Shown here one piece after another: positions 40,109 through 64,000 of a stretch of 64,000 nt of DNA; within the stretch, counting starts at the first letter, position 1; each line of letters starts with the position of its first letter. Made by a program: the position numbers and the translations under genes. Source of the stretch: Tubiluchus corallicola (lineage: Eukaryota > Animalia > Priapulida); NCBI GenBank assembly GCA_030141605.1, contig JAQGDQ010000035.1:124001-188000 (forward strand), in the 5' to 3' direction. The notes beneath the pieces were generated by a model, which was not told the DNA's origin, did not search any database, and worked only from the letters and a program-made list of their open reading frames with translations.

Positions 40109-43100
40109 ATGGCAGCCTCAACAATAGAAAAATCTGCTGAAAGCCAGAATGGACTGAAGCGAGATACCAGTGAAGCTGGTAGTGACAGTAAAACCTCTTT
40201 GCATTTACCCACGCCAGCTCCTCCTGATGGTGGCTGGGGCTGGGTGGTCGTGTTTGCTTCTTTCATGATACATATCATTGCTGATGGTGTCACGTTCTCC
40301 ATTGGAATCTTTTTTGTGGAGTTTCTTGAATATTTTCATGGAACCACCTCACAGACTGCATGGATCAGCTCCATTTTAGTAGGAGTTACGCTTGGAACAG
40401 GTGATAATTTAAAATAGTAAACGGAAAGTAAAGTTTGGCCTGATGCCAGCTCCATTCAAAGAAACCCATGAATTTAGCAATTAATAAGACCTTTCTTTTG
40501 CAGCAGTGCAATTTTTTGCAATACAGCTCATCCTTTTACTTATATAGGTTGAAAGTCTGTCAATTGTTGTTCATTTTAATTCCTTTCAGGAATGGCCAGG
40601 TCAGCTAGCTGTTCAAAGGTTGGATCAATGAAATTAAATTTTGTTCATTTAGTTTCTTTCAACATCATGTAATCAAAATTTCAGCAACTCTCCTTTAATT
40701 ACTGTCAACATTTCAAAAGCTGTTTGACCTTGAGGTGTATGTACTTTAATCAAAATGCTTAACTCATATAATGACAAAAAGTCTTAATTTTGCTAGTGGT
40801 CTTACTTAAGAATTAATGAAACTATTACTATTCATAGTTTACATATTGCCATTCTGCAGTTAATCGCAAAAACTTATTACTCTTTTGTTGTTCACTTAAT
40901 TATTTAGGAACTGGCAGTGACAGTAATTAATTAATTATCTATTAATAATTCAGTGGAAATCCATGTTGTAATTTGTGTATTAACATGTTTGCAAGATATT
41001 TAAGAAACGAGAGCTTTAAACTTCACCATTACATCTTTCAGGACCAATTGCAAGTGCACTAACCAACAAGTTTGGCTGCCGTATTGTCACAATAATCGGA
41101 GGCATTGTTGCAGCTGCTGGTTGTGTTCTGAGTGCCTTTGCCACAAGCGTCGCCTATCTTTGCTTTTCTTTTGGCTTTGTGACAGGTAAGCCTTACATAG
41201 CTATCTAAATTTGTGAAAAAAATCTAATTCCTAATACTATCTATTTCCAAAACAGAAATATTATATTTGCTTGTTTAGTTGTAGGACAATGAACTGCTTT
41301 GATGCCTTGATCACTTTGCAAATGGTCAGTTAGTTTTTCAATGAACTATTTATTTGTATGTAGAAATGTGCAGAGGCCTGTACAAGAAGCTTGTTTTAAA
41401 CTATGACTCACACTTCACCTCTTATAATTTCTCTTTTTCAGGACTTGGATTTGGTCTGATTTATTTACCTGCCATAGTCAGTGTGACGTACTATTTTGAA
41501 AAGAGGAGAGCTTTTGCAACTGGTTTAGCTGTTTGTGGCTCAGGTGTTGGAACCTTCATGTTTGCACCGATATCTGAATATTTAGTTGAATCATATGGCT
41601 GGCAAGGAGCTCTTATAATTGAGGGTGGAATCATTTTAAATTGTGTCGTTTGTGGTGCCTTAATGAGGCCCTTGGAAGGCAGCTCATTATCCCGCACCAG
41701 TAGCACCTCAAGTGCTGACAGTGGCAAAGGTTCAAGTGAGCTTGTTAGTTCCAGCAGCGACTACCAGAAAGGTAATAAAAACTGTAACAGCAATCAGAAA
41801 GTGAAGCATCCACAAGAACTTAAGCCTCTTATTAATGGAGTTCATGAAACTTCAAATGTTCTTGCTCCAAGTGAGCAGCTGGTTCGACCCAAAAGACAGA
41901 GACTAATAACAGTTGGACCTATTGGAGATATGAATGAAGACGAACTGCTCGGAATCCCAGAACGATTTTGCAGATCAAATCCAGATTTAAACACAGTCTC
42001 TGGATCTCCATTAATGTCACGTGGTACCAACTCACTTCATCCAAATGCAGCTAAGCACATCCTGAGGCACCAGCATTCAAAACATCATCATAGATCTCAT
42101 CATTCTCTCTTGCATTCAGAGAGTGGTGTTATGTACAGAAAGGACATTTTGTATCAAGGCAGTCTGTTGGAAATTCCACAGTATAAATCAAATCATGACT
42201 TGTATGTCGCTAGTATAACATCTATTCCACGTGAAACTAAAAAGAAGGCACCTGCCAGAGGTATCTGTCACTTCTTAACATGTCCAAAGTCGATGGCAGA
42301 CGTGTTCAGCCAAATGACTGACATTTCATTACTCACAGATGTTTTATATGTCTTATTTGCAATCTCTAATTTTTTGACAAGTATTGGCTTTAATGTGCCT
42401 TATGTCTATTTGCCTGATCGTGCCGTTAAATTGGGATACTCTAAAGTCGACGGTGCAAGACTTATTTCTGTTGTCGGCATTGCTAACACTATTGGAAGAG
42501 TGATATTGGGATACATATCTGACAGTAAGCGTGTGAACAGATTGTATGTATACAGTGGTGGACTCACATTATGTGGTGTGGCGAGTGCTTTAAGTTTTCT
42601 CTGTAATGACATGAAGTCATTGTCAGCATACGCTGCTTTTTTTGGACTTTCTATAGGTAAGTGCAACTGTTAGTTCATTTTCCTCCAGAGTTGAAAAGCT
42701 TTCAAAAATCTTTATAAATTAGGATGTTTGATAAGAATTGTTACCACTCTTTGAATAACTGATGCATTGTCTTTTGCTTGTTTAGTTTCTTGTTTTTTAT
42801 TTGCTTTTTTTGTTTTAAATGTACATTTAACTCAGTAGCTGTGCAACATGTCAGTGCCATCTTTGTTCATGGTTTTGTATATATTGATGTGTGACTTATT
42901 ATTTTAGAAGTTATTTTAGTCAAGAAGAGGCTTTGATGAGTTCATGTTTTTCTTTGTTATGGCTATTTCTATTGCTATGGACATCCTTACTGATGCATTG
43001 TTTTTGATCGATAATTGAAGGTCAAAGATCAAACAATTAATCTGTCTTTGTAATAATTTATATCTCATGAGAGATTACAGAACATATTAGGTATTGTAAA

Positions 43101-44588
43101 GCTAGCTAATGTTGTAAATTGGCTAGAAAATGACTTGAATATTTTCTCAATGAAAAATGTTTGCACTTTTCAGGTTGTTATGTGTCACTGACCTCAGTCC
43201 TACTGGTTGATCTGTTGGGCTTGGAAAGACTTACTAGTGCCTTTGGACTATTGTTGCTCTTTCAGGGCGTGGCTTCACTCATAGGTCCTCCTCTAGCTGG
43301 TAAGTTGAGTAGCATGTGGCAAGCGCTTTTCGTGACAAGTGCTTTTCACGCAAATGCTTGTGAGGCACCAAGTAGCATGTCACAAATGCTTTTGGTGACA
43401 AGTACTTTTCACATAAATGCTTGTGTGGCACCAAGTAGCTTGTCACTTGTGCTTTTCGTAGCAAATATTTTTCACATAAATGCTCACAAGCATGCTAAAA
43501 CCGGTAATAACCAATTTATTAGCTTATTAGTTACAGACACAACAGACATGATGGGATAATAACAGGTATGCAACTATCACATCAGGGGGCAAAGTTTAAT
43601 TTTTGTGGCCAGAGTCCTATAATTGTTGTCCTTGGCCCCAAATGCAGATTGTCAAATTCTATGGCTGTAATCAATCTTATACCATTGCATCTGGCTACTG
43701 GTCTTGATTGCTATGGCTGAGTTGGCCATTGTTTACACAAAAAAATCATGTACGTATCCACATTGCTCTTCAAATGTTTTTTCTGTTCAGCTTCGATTAT
43801 GCTACTGTTAGTATTGCTCACACTAGTCATATATGAAATATACTTACAGACAGCTATTGCATGAATTTTGGGTTTGTGGTTGCTATTGGCAGGCAAACTC
43901 TTTATGTGGATGTATGCAATCTTTCTACTGAAATATAATGTGTATCTACAAAGTTAAGCAATACTGAACCTGGATAGTTAAGGGATGGGTGACATCCAAT
44001 ATATTAATTTTGGAGTTACAGTTAGTGTGAACCACCAGATCTTTTAGCATATGTATGCAATCTTCCCACTGAGTAACTATAATGAACATCTACAAAGTTA
44101 AGTAATACTAGGCCTGGATCAGTGAGGTGGGTGACTGTTAGGAAAGTTAGTTCTGAGCAGTTTTTTCTGTCATAAAGCCTTGGTTATTTCGTGCATTCTT
44201 GAAAGATGTACAGTGAGTCTCATTTTATAGAAGTAATCACAATAATAAGGAATTGTTCTGGTGCCTGCAATACCATCAACATTACTAGATTGTCATGGTG
44301 CCAAGCTGCATGAATAATTTCATTTAATATTTTTTTCATAAAACATATCGCTTTTTATGTTTAATTTCAGGTCTGATGTATGACATGACTCATGATTATG
44401 ACACGTCGTTTTTCATGATGGGAGCAGTTGTAGGGGTTAGTGGTGCAATGCTGTTTGTAATCCCATGCGTTAGAAGATGGCTGCACAGGAAGCAAGGTAC
44501 ACAACTTACTGACACCAGCAGCGACCATACTGATATTGAAAAACAGGGAAACAAGTTGAAAGTTTGTCAACAAGAAACTAACATTTAA
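40109..44588 (+). CDS. SLC16/monocarboxylate transporter family MFS protein, copy B (MCT12/14-like; 5 coding exons, 664 aa)
   Basis: Exons 40109-40400, 41042-41185, 41442-42656, 43174-43299 and 44371-44588 join in frame (1995 nt). Motifs: [62 protein letters not shown]. Confidence 0.94.
43309..43490 (+). repeat. ~59-bp minisatellite, 3 copies
   Basis: GTAGCATGT...GCTTTT.GTGACAAGT.CTTTTCAC..AAATGCTTGTG.GGCACCAA repeats immediately after the exon 4 donor. Confidence 0.85.
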
Positions 44589-47500
44589 ATGCGCGGAGCG
44601 TAAAGAAGAAAGAGCTTTAAAATATTTTCAGATGTTAACCGTATAATGTAAAATAAAGTCACATTTTTATTTTATTATAATAACTGTGATGTAAATTGCT
44701 TATCAAGGTCATTGTCCTTATGCTTATACCGTTTACAAACTTTTAAGTTAGTCAGACATAGTCAGCATCGTAAGTCTAGTCTTAAAAACAGGTGTGGGAA
44801 AGTAGCAAGTACTTTTTGCAAGTAGCTTGGCCACTACATTAAAAAACTGCATATGGCCTACGTGCACTGCACAATAAACTCTCAACACATGTTATGATAA
44901 CAGTTAAATGTAAAACAATCTAGTTGACTTGATAAAATTTACAAAGTCTAGTGTTTCACTGCCTAATATTTAGTGAAGGTTTTAATCTGGAGCTTGGTTA
45001 CTGGATATGTTCGTTAAACAGGTTCAATTACTTTTGTCAATGGAATTACTTGGAACTGCTGCCTCACTACTTATTGTTTTACAAATTATGTTTCTATATG
45101 TGAATTTATTGCACATAAACATTGCAATCAAACGAAATTTACATAAATAATGTTATACGGTTATGATATTGTCATAGTGTTGTACTGTGCAGTGTGCAAT
45201 GTCTGTATGGCTTATTATTCATTTTATTATATGGTATTTATGCTATAATGATGTAAAAATTTTATTGTTTACTGTGATAAAATTTTTGAAAACCTTCCAA
45301 AAATATTGTATTGTTAATTTAGTGAAAGCATAGAGAATAATAACATTGACATAAGATATATAATTAATGGATTTGTTATAAAGGCTGCAGGACTACTAAT
45401 AGATTGTAGTCTAGTGTAGTGTAGTTAATATGAAACTTAATCACTGATATAAAGGTCTAGGTGGTTATGTTATAAACAATGACATACTTTTTTTCAGGTT
45501 TGCTTATAAAAAACTAATAAACAGTATAAGATATTGTATCTAGATTAACTTTAAATTCGTACCTACATATTCCTGAATTTTACCGTCTGCTTTAAACTAA
45601 AAGTATATTTACATGTTATTATTTGCCACGACAACTTTAAATTGTTTAACGTGCCACTTTCTGTAATTGCTAACTCAGTTTTTACTACAATTTGTGACCT
45701 CACTTTCCAGAATTAAACAGCTAAAACAAATTTTATGTGACTGGTTTTATTGCTTTTGGTTTTGGTCTTGTTTTTTGTTTTGGTTTTTGCAAGTTAGATA
45801 GCTTTTCTATCTATACGTTATAAATGCTCAAGTTATGATATATATGTCCGTTCAGTTACCAAAATTACCGGGCACAATGTTTCAAACTGTTATTGTCCAA
45901 GTTACAAAGTGCCCGCTTACTAAGTGCCTAAATTATCAATCGTTCAGTCACAAATATAAGCTATGTCTGTGCTACGTAACGTCCAGTTACCAAATACTAT
46001 GTATTATTTATTTGTCAGTTGCTAAGCTGACAGTTGTTGGATACGTAGTAAATTTGCATTATAAAATATTCAGTTTTTATCGATTGTCCTTTAACCCTAG
46101 AAATAATAATATACATTTAGCTGAAAATAATTCTATGTTTTTTATTTTATTTTATGTGATTGATGATTAAATCTAACGATTGATATATCAGCACGCATAG
46201 GAGTCACCATTCCAAAAACGATCTTCTCACACCTTCAAAAATACTAGGAGAGGCTAACTGAGGCCTCATCAACGGCTGACTTGCATCAGAATGGAAAAAA
46301 CACTATGGAATGACCTAACAGACCTCATTACCTTCAAAGCCACAATAGTTGCAGTAAACACTGAAACTATGTAAAGTTATTATGATAACCTTAGATCTCT
46401 CAGAGGTGACGGAACTGATTTAGCTCCTTCCTGATTAATCTCTGTGCCATTGCCTCTGACCCATTGGAATCTGAAGGTGTCCTTTCTAGTAAATGGTTTA
46501 CATTGAAGAAGATAAGCTAAAGCAGGGAAATTTTCACTCCTGGGCATATCCATCCATGCTTGAACTACTTATTCTTAAATGTTTAAATGTAAAAAGTGGC
46601 ACATAAGTTAGCCAGATAGAAGTTTAAAAACTATAAATATGTGTATACAAACTTGCAGGAGCACGAGTTTACCTGTGTATAAGCTATTTTGCTTGCCAGC
46701 ACCACTTCCAGAAACGCGCTAAACTGTCGAAACAGTTTATGACTTCTTAGTTCTTACACGCAATAATGCTTTGAATCACAGGCTGAGGTCGGTCAAACAA
46801 ACCAGGCATTCAAATCACGATTATAAATAATTACAACGATATTTTATGATTATTTGATTAATAAGTGAGATTCCATATATCAGCGAGAAAAAAGTTTGAA
46901 TAATTATTCGTTTGCATTTATAATTATAAAACCAGCCAAATTGTGACAGTGCCTTATATGTTTGCCATAAATGGATTCCGTCTAACCTGTGATTTCTTAT
47001 ATAAGTTATAATAAACTGGACAAATGACTACCTGGCTACTTGCTTAGATTTACCTTTATCCAAAAATACAATTGTACATTAACTTGAATGAGATCATTAC
47101 AGTTAAAGATAATTTGCTAAGAGGTAGGGAGAAAGCCCCAGGTATGACTGCACTTATGGTGGCCCACCATCATCAGTCAGTTTTGTTAAATTTACAAAAA
47201 ACATTAAAATCAAATGCAAGTAGTTTAAAAGAAAAAGAACCGGTTGTTAGCATTAACAGTCTTTGAGGGTAAAGTATTCGACACAACGATCACCCTGTTT
47301 CCAAAAGAGTATTAAAAGATCAAAACAACAAGTTGTAGTTTTGTAGTTTTTATACAATTTGTAACTAGGAGACAGGAGAAAACGGAGACCTCAAGAATTA
47401 TAATTATAATTATGCGAGCGCTTACTGTCATTTCTAATACGAGTGTTATATTGTGCTAAGAAAACTTAGTCATAATTTTTCAACCTTATCCACCGAGAAG

Positions 47501-49004
47501 GCTGAATCCAGCAAACTGGAATTGTGTACAAAATTAGAAAGCAAGATGTCCCATTTGATTAAGATTGTGAACCAGCTTTACGTCAGAAGATTGTAAGTTT
47601 GGTCTCTTCGTCGGGAACGTCCTGTTAGGATGCTAAGAGATGTAGGCCTAAGTTTGGATTAGGACATTGGATAGCCTAATCCAATGTTAAACTGACGTGA
47701 GCCATTAAACCAAATCACCTAGAACTTAGTCTTTTTGGCATACGGACTGGATGGGCAGGCTGGGTATTTGTGTTGAGGAGCCTGTTAACACCAGTCGTGT
47801 CTAGAAATTCTTCATCCTCTCTGGATTTCAACAAACAAGAATTAAGCGAAACTGCTACGTCACTAAGAAGCAAGTGAGCCATTCTTCACGTCCCGAAAGA
47901 GACGCAGTCAATGCTAACGGTCACTGCCAAGTGCCTATAACGATCTCTAACTTTCTAATATTATAGTCTTCAAAAAGCTAAAGCTTCGCGTTATACAAAT
48001 TTATACACCACAATGCTTCAAGCACCAATTACTATAATTTGCGATCTGCCAAAACTTTTAACTAAAATAATTTGAAGGTACGTCTCAATTTCTCCTGTGC
48101 AATAATTTCCAACTTGTGAAGCCTTTCAACATAAGTAGCCTACTGATGATAATAATAATCTCTAAAAGGTTGCTAATTAACATAAACACATGGCTCATTT
48201 TCCTTTAATGAACGTCAGTGCAGTGTCAACCTATATGTCACATATTTGCAACAGCATCTTTATAAATGGTATTTGGTTCTAGGCCTTACATTCCATTCTC
48301 TTAGCATAAACTGAAAAATGATGACGAAACACCTTGCCTAATTTGATTAAGCTTAGTTTTTCAAAATTTAATTCTGTTTTGTTGGTACATGCTGCACATT
48401 AAAAAGTTCCTTACCTTTTGTTGATTACACATTCGTCAGATGGGCTGCCACATTCCCAAATCTTTTACACGAATTAGCGCAATTAATTGTAAAGACATTA
48501 ATCATAAACAACAATCATAGACAATAATATAGACGATAATTGAAATTGTAGTGAAGATTGAATAAAAGATCTTTATTTTATTACTTCAATCAATTAGTGG
48601 AAAAGTCAATGAAATGCTTTTAAACACAAAAATAACTTTGAACAACTAGAACCACAGAAGTTACATACATAAACCATAACTATTACTATAAAAGAATATT
48701 TATAAACTTTGGTATAACTTGACAGTATTGCAGTTTATTGAACAGAATCTTTTTTAACAATACTAACATTAGTGGTGTAAGTCTTAAGAGACATGAAAAG
48801 TAAACAACAATGTAGGAAAAATAATCAAGCAACAAACAGATGAAAGAATTATAGTTGCCGAAATTTCGTCTTCTGCTCCTGATCGGGTCTTGGAAAAAAA
48901 TCAGTGTTCTACATTGCTCTTTAAATGTTGCTAAAACCTAAAAGAACTCCAGGAAATGCATCATCCGAAGTATTTTTCGCTAGGAAGGGATTTGTCTGCT
49001 GACA

Positions 49005-49007
<3 letters not shown>

Positions 49008-49063
<56 letters not shown>
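49008..49063. repeat. (ATT)n microsatellite
   Basis: Direct inspection. Confidence 0.97.
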
Positions 49064-49693
49064 GCAGATCTAATATTATTTTGAAAGAACCCTGCTGTTG
49101 TCTTTGGCTCAAAATAAAAACTATATACAAAAATCAACACTGTGACAAGCAAACAAGATACATACTAAAATGACTCCTTTCTTGTCATAGCGTTGATTTT
49201 TGTATAAATTTATTTTATTTTATTTTTATTTATTTATTTACACTATTTTTGTTTAGGTGATTGCTGCGAGGAACATAACATTAACTACGTTGAAACATTG
49301 CAAATGTTGTGTTTGAATAAAAGCCGTGTCTTTTCTTAACTGGGTACAGGCTGTCACTTTTATTTCAAGAATATCACCAAAAGCTAAAACTTTGTAGGAT
49401 CCCTCAATTAATTGCAACTGTTCAATGAAGAAATTAAACCCATCCGAAAAGCCCAATCAAAAATTTCGGGAACGTTTTCTGTACTGTAATGAATCTTTAC
49501 CTTGAGTGGTGGAAAACACGACGCCTTAGAATATTCTGTAGACAAACAGTCGAGTAGAAGAAGCTCAGCGCTAATTAGTGGATGGCCTTTAATGATATTG
49601 TTATCAGTCAAAAGGGAATTGAGAAATGGAGAGCCCCGAGAAAGTAAGAAACATGTGTAGTAAGCTTGGAAGTTCCCATGTAGTTGGTTTGGC

Positions 49694-49817
<124 letters not shown>

Positions 49818-51094
49818 TTGAATTTTCATTAGCTTTTTCCTCCTCTTCGAAAACACCAGCAATGGCCATTTAAGCTTTGTACAACGTAAAAAATTGTACT
49901 TACGCAAGTTCTAATCTTTACACTAAGTTACGAACAAATTTGAGAAGATTTTTACGAAGACTGACTTGGTGAATCCGTGCGTAGTGCTAAAATGTTCGTA
50001 CGCATAAATTTATGAAGAAAATCATTCGTAAGAATTTTAGTGAATCCCGCCCCGGGGGGATCGGATTTGCACAAAAGGCTTCGGGTTGACTTTTACATCT
50101 ATATACACTACTGACTTACATTTACATTAGATGTACATACGTGTGCGTATGAAAATTATTTAAAACAACTGCAATTATGTAAAAAACGAATTTTAAGGAT
50201 ATATTTTGAAGAAAAAGTAAGAAATAGTATTAATAATTTCTCGTTTAACGATTTCTAGTCTTTGTAGTTGATGACAAAAACTACTGCTGTTAAAAGTTTG
50301 CTTAAGCACCTGGCGGAATAAGAGGCACTTAACAAAATTTTGTTGCTGAGAAACCTTTCTAACAATTTCTCCAAATATTAAAATAAGCTCAACTTCCCGA
50401 GAACCTTTGCCTTGTTCTCCTTAGCCTTAGCACAGCAAGATGTGACGTAGCTATTTAAAACGGACAGTCTAGTGTAATAATTACATATGCAAATAATGGC
50501 CTATACTTGGTATACTGGCATAATGCCATAAATCAATAAAAAGTCAGTAAAGTTTGTATAAACTGCAAATTTAAACACTAGTATATCTAATCATCATTAT
50601 AACTAGTATACTGTGAATCAAACTGTTATATTTGTCAGTGAAATTTCAGTTTACAAATTTAGAGGGTCTATTTGTATTTCATAACAATTTAATGTAATTG
50701 TTTAGGGTGTATATAAGATATTTTATTTTGTTCAAGTGCAATTACAAATTACATAAGATGCAATAACAAATACGCTAGTACAGTAAGTTAAATGTAAGTC
50801 TAAAATTTATCCCAGCATGTTCTTAGTTTCTTGACTGCTAATGAATATGAACTTAACGGAGCATTTTTTTAGTTGTTGAACCACCCGGTTACATTTTTCA
50901 TAACTGCACCTTGGTTTTCAAGTGCCAAGTAATCTGGAAACCAAAACACGACTATGGAAAATAAAGCCGTGTGATTTCACCAACGAGTGAATTCTACATC
51001 AGGTGCATATTCATCAGTAGCTTATAATACAAATGTAATATATAAATTAACAATTATAACTGAGTATTCATACAAAATGAGCTATGAATTAATC

Positions 51095-64000
<12,906 letters not shown>

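Noticed and set aside
49253-49690. Protein-coding exon or LINE ORF between ATT arrays
   Set aside because: No recognisable motif could be assigned with confidence.

Overview
AT-rich, intron-containing animal (invertebrate-like metazoan) genomic DNA, not prokaryotic. Five protein-coding genes can be assembled from GT-AG exons. They are an ADCK2-type UbiB/ABC1 kinase with an intronless CDS (minus, 3087-5042), a 4-exon METTL27/WBSCR27-like methyltransferase (plus, 13240-18649), two tandem 5-exon SLC16/MCT-family transporters (plus, 31216-35847 and 40109-44588), and a CACNG/TARP-like claudin-superfamily gene (minus, 51095 to beyond 64000). The rest is mostly decayed mobile DNA (CR1/L2-type and RTE-like LINEs, a pogo fragment, hAT-type MITEs, tRNA-derived SINEs) plus micro- and minisatellites. 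The most interesting signals are: (i) a GC-rich ~220-nt segment in the putative ADCK2 leader that folds only on the transcribed strand (many G-U pairs) and buries a 5' splice site; (ii) a ~265-bp palindrome carrying two inverted minimal hammerhead-ribozyme motifs, plus a third hammerhead at ~62.85 kb; (iii) a LINE inserted into another LINE just before its YADD motif; (iv) a divergent pair of CTCF-like motifs between genes. All assignments come from reading the sequence by eye; no searches or folding programs were run.
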